From Thermotogota bacterium (GTDB taxonomy: Bacteria > Hydrothermota > Hydrothermia > LBFQ01): a stretch of 64,000 bases of DNA. Below, piece after piece: positions 55,924 to 64,000 of the stretch. The translations under genes were made by a program, and so were the position numbers. The stretch is taken from NCBI GenBank assembly GCA_013153965.1, contig JAADDJ010000017.1:6242-70241 (forward strand), read 5' to 3'. The notes under the pieces are model-generated. The model saw only the letters and a list, made by a program, of their open reading frames with translations, did no database searches and was not told where the DNA came from. The stretch's first letter is position 1. Each line of letters starts with the position of its first letter.

Positions 55924-56664
55924 GTGCTGTGGGTTTTTCTGTCGGAGCCTTTGACCTATGAGGTCTTCGTTGGGGATCCTATAGGGCCCGCACTCCGCTA
56001 CTCCCGCGATGTTATGGGTCAGAGGGTGGTCCTGCGGGGCGCTCTGGGAGTGGGGGGTGTGGTATCCTATCTAAACCTCCACATAATCGGAGACGCCCTC
56101 TTTGAGGTGCCCATAGCCGGCGGCGCCGACGTACTCGTGGGCCTCGGCGGATTGACGGGTCTCAGATTCCAGAATCTCAACGCCGGCGTAGGGCTTCGTA
56201 TGAACATGGGGATGAACCTTAACCTGACCGAGAGCGTGGCCTTGGGTTTCCTCTTCAGCCCCCTCGTCGTGAAGGCCTTTGACGGTCGGGCCTATCCCGG
56301 GGTTTCTTTGGGTTTCTCCCTCCTGTACTCGCCGAAGGCTAAGGAGGAGGCACCGGAGCCGAAATCCCACGATGTGGCCGGTGGGGAGACGAGCCTTAAG
56401 AATGTCAAGGGGGACGGAAAGGTTGAGAGGCCGCGTCGGACTTCAACATCAACGGCTAAGGAGAAAGTTCAGGAGGAGGAGAAGTCGGAGAGGCGGGTTG
56501 ATAGGAAGGCCGCCGAGAGGGAGTACAAGTTGGGACTTCAAGCCTACGCCAACGGGAACCTTAGGAAGGCGAAGTATCATTTTGAGGCCGCCCTGCGGTA
56601 TGATCCCAGCTACGACAAAGCCCGCATAGCCTTGGAGAAGGTCAAACGGCAACTCGGGGAATGA
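55924..56664 (+). CDS. Hypothetical protein with C-terminal TPR-like helix pair
   Basis: Gly-rich N-terminal half; C-terminus EYKLGLQAYANGNLRKAKYHFEAALRYDPSYDKA. Confidence 0.4.
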   Translation: MLWVFLSEPLTYEVFVGDPIGPALRYSRDVMGQRVVLRGALGVGGVVSYLNLHIIGDALFEVPIAGGADVLVGLGGLTGLRFQNLNAGVGLRMNMGMNLNLTESVALGFLFSPLVVKAFDGRAYPGVSLGFSLLYSPKAKEEAPEPKSHDVAGGETSLKNVKGDGKVERPRRTSTSTAKEKVQEEEKSERRVDRKAAEREYKLGLQAYANGNLRKAKYHFEAALRYDPSYDKARIALEKVKRQLGE

Positions 56665-57083
56665 TAGAGGCCGTACTGCGGTACGTGGAAGAGAGATTCG
56701 GCATACCGAGGGAGATTTTCAACGGCTTTCGCTTCTTCTCCAGAGGGAGGGACGTGTGGATAGTCTCTGAGGACGTCCCCGAGCTCAAACACATAAACCG
56801 GATGGGTTTAAGGTTCGCCCGTGGGGGAGCGGAGAATCCGAAGCTAACCACCGCCGTCATCCAGATCTTCGGCAGGCACGCCACCCGCAACACCGTATCC
56901 TTAGACGACGAGCAGCTGTCCAGATACCTGCGAGGTGAAGACGTGGAAGTGGGGGAGGTACCGGGCGTTGAGAGGGGGCAGGTGATAGTCATGTACGGCG
57001 AGGATGCCCTCGGCTCCGGTCTGTACGATGGGAGACGGGTAAAGAATCAAATACCGAAGGCCCGCAGGATAGTATCCAGATAA
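56661..57083 (+). CDS. Hypothetical protein (140 aa)
   Basis: 4-nt overlap with the upstream gene. No confident motif. Confidence 0.35.
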   Translation: MIEAVLRYVEERFGIPREIFNGFRFFSRGRDVWIVSEDVPELKHINRMGLRFARGGAENPKLTTAVIQIFGRHATRNTVSLDDEQLSRYLRGEDVEVGEVPGVERGQVIVMYGEDALGSGLYDGRRVKNQIPKARRIVSR

Positions 57084-57103
57084 TCGTCGTTAAAATACCG
57101 GAT

Positions 57104-57487
57104 ATGGGAAACTTTGCCCTCCTTTTTTTGAGAGTGTCGGCTTCCCTCATGATGCTCACCCACGGCGTAGGTAAGCTGCGAGATCCCAGATCCTTCGTAA
57201 ATCTCCTTGAGGTGGCGGGTCTGGGAGGATTCTCCCTTCCCCTCGCGTACCTCTCCACCTTGGCCGAAACCCTCTTCCCGCTCCTGATAATCTTGGGGGT
57301 GGCGGTGCGACTCTCCGCCCTCGTCGTCTCCGCCCACATGATGGTAGCCGCCTTCATATTCCACGTACTCCTGAAGGGGGATCCCTTTCCGGTTTGGGAG
57401 AAGGCTGCCCTGTACGCGGTGGTCTTCCTATACCTGGCCATGGTGGGCGGGGGCAGGTTCTCCATCCTTGGCCCGAATCGGGGGTAA
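57104..57487 (+). CDS. DoxX family membrane protein
   Basis: LFLRVSASLMMLTHGVGKL and four TM helices. TAAAAT lies 7 nt upstream of the ATG. Confidence 0.7.
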   Translation: MGNFALLFLRVSASLMMLTHGVGKLRDPRSFVNLLEVAGLGGFSLPLAYLSTLAETLFPLLIILGVAVRLSALVVSAHMMVAAFIFHVLLKGDPFPVWEKAALYAVVFLYLAMVGGGRFSILGPNRG

Positions 57488-57498
57488 AATCCCCCCCT

Positions 57499-57843
57499 AT
57501 GTATAACGAAGGATGGTGGATTTTAGTAGATAGAGACGGTCTCATAGTGGAGGGCGAAGGCAGGGACTTGAGTGAGCTGGAGTACTTCGCCGCCGTCATC
57601 ATCTTCGGGATAATGGGCCTGAGAAAGGCCATAAAGGACGAGATGGGCAGCGAGATATCCGAAATCTCCTTCAGCGTCCCCGATAAGAAGCTCATATTCC
57701 ACGTCCTCCCCGTTGAGGAGGGTAAGCTCTTCCTGATAACGGCCATGCCGGAGAGTATGCCCCTCGGCATGATCCGTCTCCGCACCAAGGAGATATACGA
57801 CGCGATAAAGAGCAAGGTGGCCAACCTCAAACCCAGCGGGTGA
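57499..57843 (+). CDS. Roadblock/LC7-like domain protein (second copy in the window)
   Basis: WILVDRDGLIVEGEG followed by EISFSVPDKKLIFHVLPVEEGKLFLITAMPE, which follows the Roadblock/LC7 pattern. Confidence 0.5.
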   Translation: MYNEGWWILVDRDGLIVEGEGRDLSELEYFAAVIIFGIMGLRKAIKDEMGSEISEISFSVPDKKLIFHVLPVEEGKLFLITAMPESMPLGMIRLRTKEIYDAIKSKVANLKPSG

Positions 57844-58289
57844 TCATGATCCGGTGGAGCAAAGAAGTTGAGACGGGCGTGCCGGCCATAGACGTCCAGC
57901 ACAAGGTTCTCATAAGGAACTTCAACTCCCTTGAGAAGCACATAGAGGAGGGTACCCTAACCTACGATATCCTGAGGGAGGAGCTGCTCTTCCTGCTAAA
58001 GTACGCCGAGTGGCACTTCGGCAACGAGGAGAGATGCGCCACGGGGTGCTACATCGCCGAGTTGAACAGAAAGCAGCACGAGTGGTACGTTGAGCACTTC
58101 ACGAAGCTGTACGAGGAGTTCAAGGCAGAGACCGACTGGACCCACGATAAGCTCTACGATTGGGCGAGGAAGGTCCATAGGGAGATGAGCCAATGGCTCC
58201 TCAACCACGTGATACGGACCGACAGGCACATAGGAGTGTGTTTGGGTAAGCTCAAGCCGGAGGACGTGGGGCCGGCTCCGGAGCAGTGA
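57840..58289 (+). CDS. Hemerythrin-like metal-binding domain protein (bacteriohemerythrin)
   Basis: W..E..TGVPAIDVQHKVLI, WHFGNEE and HEWYVEHF His/Glu ligand pattern. ATGA overlap with the upstream gene. Confidence 0.75.
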   Translation: MIMIRWSKEVETGVPAIDVQHKVLIRNFNSLEKHIEEGTLTYDILREELLFLLKYAEWHFGNEERCATGCYIAELNRKQHEWYVEHFTKLYEEFKAETDWTHDKLYDWARKVHREMSQWLLNHVIRTDRHIGVCLGKLKPEDVGPAPEQ

Positions 58290-58883
58290 TCATATCCCCA
58301 CAACGAGAAGCAGCACGTCCCAGACCAGATGCGATATCCACACGGGGGTGAGATCCCGGTGTAGGATATATAGGAACCCCCAGAATGCGCCGGCTACGGC
58401 GGATGCGAGGGCAAGGGCGGGGTTCCCCGCCAGCACATGGACCCCCACGTACAGGGCGAGGGCCAGAAGAAACCCGGGTAATTTCCCCAATTTAAGGGAG
58501 AGGATGCGTTGCACCGTTCCCCTCCAGAAGAACTCCTCGGCGGTTGATACCGTAAGGACCACCGGAACGTACATCATGGGTGGGGCGAGGGAGCGCAGGG
58601 ATTTGACCGCCTCCACGTGGAGGTAGAGGGACGGAAGGTACTCCCTGACCACAACCGCCGACAGCCATGTGGCGGCGAAGAGGAGGAGTCCGTACAGTAC
58701 TCCGAGGGGAACGTCCGATGGGGTGGGGCGTATCACTCCGAGGACACCGCGACGGAGGGAGAAGGCTATCATCACGAGGGCGGCCATTAGGATTCCGATC
58801 CAAAAGTTGAGGGGTCCCTTGAAGGCGAAGGTCCATAGGACCGCCACGAGGAGAATTTCGGACAGGAAGGCCAACTTATCCAT
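58290..58883 (-). CDS. CPBP-family intramembrane metalloprotease (CAAX protease/Abi)
   Basis: EEFFWRG motif, and downstream His motifs in TM helices. Confidence 0.7.
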   Translation of the reverse strand: MDKLAFLSEILLVAVLWTFAFKGPLNFWIGILMAALVMIAFSLRRGVLGVIRPTPSDVPLGVLYGLLLFAATWLSAVVVREYLPSLYLHVEAVKSLRSLAPPMMYVPVVLTVSTAEEFFWRGTVQRILSLKLGKLPGFLLALALYVGVHVLAGNPALALASAVAGAFWGFLYILHRDLTPVWISHLVWDVLLLVVGI

Positions 58884-58941
58884 AGAGCCTCCTCAAATCT
58901 TCCACTATCCGCGAGAGTCGGACGATACCAGTACGGTAAAA

Positions 58942-59014
58942 TGGAGCGGAGGGGAGTTGAACCCCCGACCCCCTGGTTGCAAACCAGGTGCTCTCCCACC
59001 TGAGCTACCGCCCC
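58942..59014 (-). tRNA. tRNA-Cys (anticodon GCA)
   Basis: Reverse complement folds as GGGGCGG-TA-GCTC-AGGTGGGA-GAGC-A-CCTGG-TTTGCAA-CCAGG-GGGTC-GGGGG-TTCAACT-CCCCT-CCGCTCC-A. CCA is not encoded. Confidence 0.85.
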
Positions 59015-59044
59015 GAAAGAACGAATTTTAAGGTGGAATTCGTC

Positions 59045-59815
59045 CTACCTATGGCTGTAATTTATGCCGAAGTAGGTCCCGAGGGGAAGCTCCGGATGGA
59101 CGGAGACGAGGACGTCCGAGGATAGGCGGAGGGTGTTCAGGGTGAAACCCATGTAGAATGTGGGGAAGTGCCCGTCGTACCTCATCGTCGCCTTCAGGTT
59201 GAGGATGTCGTATAGCCTCCAGCTCCCTCCTATGCCGAAGTTTATTCCGCCGTACTGGTCCTTGTACAGGCCTACGGCCGTGTTTATCGTGGCCTTGGGG
59301 AGGAAGGATATGTACCCTCCCAGAAGTGTGGGCAGGGGCGTACCCCCCATATCGGGGGAGTTGAGGTTGCGCACGAATAGGCCGACGTTCCACCTATCAT
59401 AGACCTTGAATCGGGAGGCGAGATGCACCCCCAACGCCTGAAGCTTGGGTATGTCCGGTCGTGGAGTTCCGAGCTGATAATAGGAGAGCGAGAGTCCGAG
59501 ACGGAGGCCCTCCAGAATCTCGTGGGAGTATCCGGCGGAGGCCGTCACCTCGCTCGCGGTACCCTCGTACTCGCCCTCCAGCCTTGAGAACCGCCCCTCC
59601 AAGGCCACCGATGCTCCCCGGTAGCTGGCACCGACGAATACGTCGTTGAATATGGAGAAGGTCTTGCTGTAGGCTATGGAGACGGAGAGGTCCCGGGGTA
59701 CGGATGTGGGATCAAACGACACCTTTAAGGGCGTCTCCTCCGCCAGCATCCAGAATCCACTCAGGTGGGGGCCTCCGGCCACGAAGACCCCCACTATGAT
59801 GCTAAGAGACATCAA
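59045..59815 (-). CDS. Putative outer-membrane beta-barrel protein
   Basis: N-terminal signal-like segment, then alternating hydrophobic/Tyr/Gly-rich strands (GGYISF, GINFGIGGSWRLY, FYMGFTLN). Confidence 0.4.
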   Translation of the reverse strand: MMSLSIIVGVFVAGGPHLSGFWMLAEETPLKVSFDPTSVPRDLSVSIAYSKTFSIFNDVFVGASYRGASVALEGRFSRLEGEYEGTASEVTASAGYSHEILEGLRLGLSLSYYQLGTPRPDIPKLQALGVHLASRFKVYDRWNVGLFVRNLNSPDMGGTPLPTLLGGYISFLPKATINTAVGLYKDQYGGINFGIGGSWRLYDILNLKATMRYDGHFPTFYMGFTLNTLRLSSDVLVSVHPELPLGTYFGINYSHR

Positions 59816-60951
59816 TCGTGCTCCTCCTCTGGGTTATGCTCTATCTCGTACTCGCCTTCCTCCAACCCCTTCTTGTGGCGCAGCCTCTTGAGGATCTTGG
59901 GAAGGTTGGTATATTCCATGCTCTCCTCGGGGAGACGATGGGGCTCAAAGATACCGTGGCGACGCATCAGGTTGGCGAGCCGGTTGGACTCCTCCCGAGC
60001 GTAGTCAAAGGCGGGGTCGTCAAACATGTCGCGAGGACCTATGAGCTTGCCGTTGGCCAGCTGGAAACCGGCGGCTATCACCCTCGGAGGGCCGTCAAAT
60101 CGGGAGGGGTTGGCGTGGCTGAAGGATACGGGCATCAGCGGTCCCATGTGGCTCCCTCTCATCCACCCCTCAACGAAGAACGGACGGGCGAAAGGCTCAA
60201 GTATCTCGCCCACGGCGGGGAATCCGCTCTGCGCCCGGACTATGAGGACGGGGTCGTCCTTACCCACGTACTTTCCGGCTATCAGGGAGAGCTTCTGCGT
60301 AGATGCGACGGCTCCGATCTCCCCATCCTTGCGCCTATAGACCGCCTTCACGACGTACCGCTCTATCCCACTTATGAGGGCCAGAAGGTCGTAGAGCTCC
60401 TCCGGGCAATCAACCTCGTACTCCTCCCCGGTCTTCACGTCCAGAACGAGGAAACGGAAGCCCTCGTGCATGGAGGGGTCAATCACCAAACCGGCGGTAT
60501 TCTGGGGGTTGGCGAACATCTCGTAGAGGGGAAGATTCCAAGCCGACGGGGAGGTCTTGTCGGCCATGAATATTATCACGGGCTCGGACGGTCTCTCCAC
60601 GAACTCCATCTCGGCCACACCGGGGCCCATACCCTTAACGTTCCCGCTGAAGGTGTCGGAAAGCAGGTCCTGACCGGCACCGTAAAGCTTCAACTCCTTG
60701 GCCTTCTCCGTAGCCTTCAGGAAAGCATCCCACGCCAACTTGTGTATCTCTTCGTTATCAACCCCCTTGGTGTGGGTCATTATTAGGTTTATATCGTCTC
60801 CCACCCTCAACACCGCATAGTCAATTATCTGGCCCGCATTCTTCGCCTCCTCAAGAACCTGACCTGCCGCATCCATGAGGGCGGGATGGGTGCTGGAGTG
60901 TCCAACGTATCCACCGACATCGGCTTTGATTACCGAGAGTGTTATCCTCAT
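59812..60951 (-). CDS. fbp: Bifunctional fructose-1,6-bisphosphate aldolase/phosphatase (class V FBPase, archaeal-type gluconeogenic enzyme)
   Basis: MRITLSVIKADVGGYVGHSSTHPALMDAAGQVL is the hallmark N-terminus (MKITLSVIKADIGSxGGH). TAAAAT lies 10 nt upstream of this ATG. Confidence 0.85.
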   Translation of the reverse strand: MRITLSVIKADVGGYVGHSSTHPALMDAAGQVLEEAKNAGQIIDYAVLRVGDDINLIMTHTKGVDNEEIHKLAWDAFLKATEKAKELKLYGAGQDLLSDTFSGNVKGMGPGVAEMEFVERPSEPVIIFMADKTSPSAWNLPLYEMFANPQNTAGLVIDPSMHEGFRFLVLDVKTGEEYEVDCPEELYDLLALISGIERYVVKAVYRRKDGEIGAVASTQKLSLIAGKYVGKDDPVLIVRAQSGFPAVGEILEPFARPFFVEGWMRGSHMGPLMPVSFSHANPSRFDGPPRVIAAGFQLANGKLIGPRDMFDDPAFDYAREESNRLANLMRRHGIFEPHRLPEESMEYTNLPKILKRLRHKKGLEEGEYEIEHNPEEEHD

Positions 60952-60987
60952 AGGGGGATATTTTAAGGGAGTGGCAGCGCTCAAATT

Positions 60988-61590
60988 TCAAACTTCCACG
61001 CTCTCCCATCCCCTGTTGAAGGCCCGCAGATTCACATCCACGTACTTGCGGGGCACCTTATCGGCCACCGTGCTGCGCACGACCTCCCTGTCCAATCCCA
61101 GAAGCCGGGATGCGGCACCCACGACGACCACGTTCATGACCCGGGCGTTCCCCACCTCCGTAGCCAGTTTTAGGGCGTCTATGGTGCGCACGTTGGGGAT
61201 ATTCCGACGGACTATCTCCGGAACATCCTCCGGGTAGGTGTAGGGTTTTCCATCGGGCCCCTTCAACCCCGAAGATACGGACATGGGGACGAATCTGTAG
61301 GTGTTTATGAGGACCGTGCCGTCCGGCCTCACCAGATGGAGATACCGCAGAGCCTCCAACTCCTCCAACGCCACCAGATAGTGAGCCTCGTAATCGCCCG
61401 TTATGGGAGACCAGACCTTATCCCCCCACCTGACGTAGGTCATCACGCTCCCTCCCCTCTGCGACAGCCCATGCACCTCCGCCTGCTTCACGTCGTAGCC
61501 CATGCGGAAGAGGGCCTCCGCGAATATCCGGGAGGCCAACATTATCCCCTGACCTCCGACCCCCGCCAGAACCATGGTCTTCGTCTCCAT
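60988..61590 (-). CDS. Indolepyruvate/2-oxoacid:ferredoxin oxidoreductase beta/gamma-type subunit (Pyr_Fdx_oxidored_gamma family), no adjacent alpha subunit
   Basis: LAGVGGQGIMLASRIFAEA...EVHGLSQRGGSV is typical of IorB/PorG. Confidence 0.7.
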   Translation of the reverse strand: METKTMVLAGVGGQGIMLASRIFAEALFRMGYDVKQAEVHGLSQRGGSVMTYVRWGDKVWSPITGDYEAHYLVALEELEALRYLHLVRPDGTVLINTYRFVPMSVSSGLKGPDGKPYTYPEDVPEIVRRNIPNVRTIDALKLATEVGNARVMNVVVVGAASRLLGLDREVVRSTVADKVPRKYVDVNLRAFNRGWESVEV

Positions 61591-61616
61591 ACGCCGGGAA
61601 TATAAGGTGGAAGGGC

Positions 61617-64000
61617 CTATCGGGGGACTACGACCCTCCGAACTCTTCCCGCGAGTACGACGAAATACACCCCCGCAGGTACGACCACGTCCCCCATACC
61701 GACGAGCCGTCCGGATAGGTCGTATATCCGCGCTCCGTCGGGGGCGACTATTCTGCCCCTTCGGATGCTCACGGGGAGCGCCTCAACCCTCTCCCGAACG
61801 CTCTCTATTAGGGGACACGTCGGGGTCGGCGAGTAGAAAACCTTCAGATACATGGTGGCCGAATCCCCCGACGACAGGGTTATGGGCCCGACCGACAGGG
61901 CGAGGGACCAGTCGGCGACGGTGTCGGCGGCGAACGAAAGGTCGCCGCTCATGAACCTGTACTTTACGGCATCGTTCAAGGAGTCGTACCAGAGGGAGTT
62001 GCTTATGAAGGATAGGTTAGCCGCTTGGCCCATAACCTGAAAGCCCACGTATCCGACGAACGAGCTATCCACGCTCCCTACGAGAAGGCACCTGTACTCC
62101 GGGAGGACGTATCCCGTATCCGTGGGCGCCCATCCGACGTCCGGGTCGGCGAAGAATCCCAAATATCCCGACAGAGATGAGGGGGTTGTGTTCCTCACGG
62201 TGAATGAGAGGTACAGGGTGGCGTCGTAGGGAAAGGTGTAGCCGGCCGTCCTGAAGGTCAACCCTCTGGGGGATGGGTGGCCCGAATCGCTCTGCTCTAT
62301 GTACCAACCCTGCGCCACGAAGGGAATAGGGACGAACGTATCGGTGGGCGCGAAATCCGCATCCGACCCGTCGCTCGTCATCCACGCGTCGGCCACGTAA
62401 TTCGTGTCTATGCCGAACGCGAAGCTGGCCGCGAACAGGAGCGAGACTCCACCGTAGAGCATGCGGAACCACTTGCCCGTGCGACTCAGGGATATCTTCA
62501 GGGCTCCCGTGTCTATATCCACGTACTCCTTGGGAGCCACTCCGAACGGGACGAGAAGCCCCTGACGGAGCGTATCCGAGAATGCTATCCGGAGGGTGAA
62601 GGGGGCGTATTCCCCGTCCTCCATTCCCACGGCCTCAACACCCCATCGGAGCACCAGCGTATCTCCGGCCGGCAGTGTGGCCGTTCGCTCGCTGTCGGGG
62701 ACAGAGACTCTCGCATCCTCCGGAATGAGGGTGAAGAGCGCGTCTCCCGACGCCGGGGCATAGTTGAAGATGCGCACCACGAGAGTATCCACCCCATCAA
62801 ACCGACCGTCGGCTATCTCCCACGATATGACCTTCGGAAGGAGAGAGGGTGGCGAGAGGCTGTTCAGGGACTTCCAGACGTTGAGCCTTCCCCAACCGTA
62901 GGTGTTGTTCGGGTAGGGGGAGCCCCAGGGGAAAGTGTCCGCCCCCGCCCTCAAGGCGGCGTATATCTCCTTATAAGTGAGGGTGGGATCCCTCTGGAGG
63001 AGGATGGCCACCGCCCCGGCCACGAGGGGAGCAGCCAGAGACGTACCCGTCCATTCGCCGAATCCACCACCGGGTACGGTTGATAGAACGCCTACCCCCG
63101 GAGCCACCAGGTCGGGCTTCAGGAGATTCCAGTCGGGATAGGGCCAGTAGGAGGGGTCGTTCCAAGGGGGACGGTCGGGTGCCGGTCCCTCCGAGGAGAA
63201 GTGTGCTATGGTGTCGTTATCGTACGTGGCTCCCACCCCTACCACGAGCGGATAGTTCCCCGGCGAGAAATTCACTCCCGGCGTGTTCCCGAGGGCGAAG
63301 ACGGGAACTATACCCGCCAAGCGGAGGAGATAGATATCGTTCCAGTATCCGAGATAGCCGTCGGGTCCTCCGGACTTCCACGAGCCGTTATAGACCCTTA
63401 TGTCGTATCCGCTGTCAATCTTCCACTCAAGTATTCTCTGGAATCCGAGGTGGGTGGTGATCTCCGACGAGGTCAGATATTTACCGAACATTCGCACCAC
63501 GGCCAACTTCGCGCCGGGGGCCACCCCCGTGCTATCCGCGACCAGGGCGCCGCTGACTATCGTTCCGTGAGGGAAATCGCTCTCCACGGGTCGTGGGTTG
63601 AGCTCAACGGGGTCGTACCACAGGCCCGACCACTTATCTATGAGGTAGGGATGGGAGGTGTCAATCCCCGTATCCATGACCACCACCAGAATTCCGCTCC
63701 CGTCGTATCCGGCGGCCCAAGCGGAGTCGGCCATTATCTTATCTAAAGCCCAAGAGCCCGTACTTAAAGGCTCAACGGGTAGAGGCTCCACGTATCCGGG
63801 CTCCCTATACCTCTCGGCCCCGAGAAGTTGCACGAGGGCCTCCGCCTTGACCTCCGTCGTCCTGACGGCTATAGCGTTGGCCGTGGGTAGGGGTATCACG
63901 CTGTCGGCGAGACCGCTCTCCAGAGCGCGCCTTCCCATCTTCCCCATCCGCTCCTTGAGGTAGTGGAAGAGATGGGTCGCCGAGGATATCCTGTATCGCC
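61617..64000 (-). CDS. Subtilisin-like serine peptidase (S8) with T9SS-like C-terminal sorting domain; 5' end beyond window
   Basis: Catalytic triad motifs VVMDTGID (Asp), HGTIVSG (His) and GTSLAAPLVAG (Ser). C-terminus IYDLSGRLVGMGDVVVPAGVYFVVLAGRVRRVVVPR. The frame is open to position 64000. Confidence 0.8.
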   Translation of the reverse strand, partial: RYRISSATHLFHYLKERMGKMGRRALESGLADSVIPLPTANAIAVRTTEVKAEALVQLLGAERYREPGYVEPLPVEPLSTGSWALDKIMADSAWAAGYDGSGILVVVMDTGIDTSHPYLIDKWSGLWYDPVELNPRPVESDFPHGTIVSGALVADSTGVAPGAKLAVVRMFGKYLTSSEITTHLGFQRILEWKIDSGYDIRVYNGSWKSGGPDGYLGYWNDIYLLRLAGIVPVFALGNTPGVNFSPGNYPLVVGVGATYDNDTIAHFSSEGPAPDRPPWNDPSYWPYPDWNLLKPDLVAPGVGVLSTVPGGGFGEWTGTSLAAPLVAGAVAILLQRDPTLTYKEIYAALRAGADTFPWGSPYPNNTYGWGRLNVWKSLNSLSPPSLLPKVISWEIADGRFDGVDTLVVRIFNYAPASGDALFTLIPEDARVSVPDSERTATLPAGDTLVLRWGVEAVGMEDGEYAPFTLRIAFSDTLRQGLLVPFGVAPKEYVDIDTGALKISLSRTGKWFRMLYGGVSLLFAASFAFGIDTNYVADAWMTSDGSDADFAPTDTFVPIPFVAQGWYIEQSDSGHPSPRGLTFRTAGYTFPYDATLYLSFTVRNTTPSSLSGYLGFFADPDVGWAPTDTGYVLPEYRCLLVGSVDSSFVGYVGFQVMGQAANLSFISNSLWYDSLNDAVKYRFMSGDLSFAADTVADWSLALSVGPITLSSGDSATMYLKVFYSPTPTCPLIESVRERVEALPVSIRRGRIVAPDGARIYDLSGRLVGMGDVVVPAGVYFVVLAGRVRRVVVPR

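Noticed and set aside
59045-59815. Calling the outer-membrane-like protein a T9SS PorP/SprF component
   Set aside because: It lacks a C-terminal aromatic residue and I could not recognise the PorP/SprF N-terminal signature. It is left as a generic putative outer-membrane beta-barrel.
59818-60786. 322-aa plus-strand ORF antisense to the FBP aldolase/phosphatase gene
   Set aside because: Shadow ORF. The minus-strand frame has the hallmark FBPA/P N-terminus.
62277-63083. 268-aa plus-strand ORF inside the subtilase gene
   Set aside because: Antisense shadow frame. The minus strand encodes the D/H/S catalytic motifs of an S8 protease.
1-64000. CRISPR arrays, IS elements, integrases, prophage or defence-island genes
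   Set aside because: No direct-repeat/spacer periodicity, no transposase or integrase motifs, and no terminal inverted repeats were seen. The window is contiguous core-like chromosome.

Overview
This 64 kb window is a densely packed chromosomal stretch from a GC-rich, probably thermophilic, uncultivated bacterium. The window is about 95% coding and has no CRISPR array, IS element or prophage. Codon usage is unusual for this GC level: Ile is mostly ATA and Arg mostly AGG/AGA. Thermophile-type marker genes are present: a bifunctional fructose-1,6-bisphosphate aldolase/phosphatase, a protein disulfide oxidoreductase with two CxxC motifs, and a DUF354 protein. Features typical of the Bacteroidota/FCB group are also present: a TonB-dependent receptor with a carboxypeptidase-regulatory domain, and several large secreted proteins that share a T9SS-like C-terminal sorting domain. 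Most genes are housekeeping: glyS (3' end), lpxK, queD, gmk, manC, rplE, hypC/hypD, trmH, ccdA, pfkA, rpmF-plsX, tRNA-Pro and tRNA-Thr, pdxT, coaBC, rpoZ, hpt, rpsP-KH-rimM, polX, ccmE, hldE and tRNA-Cys. An exopolysaccharide module is also present (WecA-like transferase, TPR protein, Wzc-type tyrosine kinase). The most unusual observations are these. (1) First genes of operons carry a near-perfect -10 box (TATAAT, TAAAAT or TAGAAT) 6-11 nt upstream of the start codon, implying leaderless mRNAs, while internal genes use GGAGG Shine-Dalgarno sites. (2) A translationally coupled operon encodes a soluble ABC ATPase, a Roadblock/LC7 protein, a PP2C phosphatase and a membrane-anchored Hanks kinase, with no small GTPase present. 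(3) A Tat-signal-bearing PqqD-like mini-protein is coupled to an ABC ATPase that has lost its catalytic Glu and H-loop His. (4) A long minus-strand operon places a full ribosomal protein L5 gene between hypD and an inactive M16 peptidase, and contains a HypC paralog without the essential N-terminal Cys. (5) A CxxxY-type CcmE stands alone without other ccm genes. (6) Complex I NuoG-like and NuoM/MrpD-like genes sit outside any nuo operon. (7) A second Roadblock/LC7 gene is coupled to a hemerythrin. Functional calls rest on motif-level recognition of the translated ORFs. No database search could be run.
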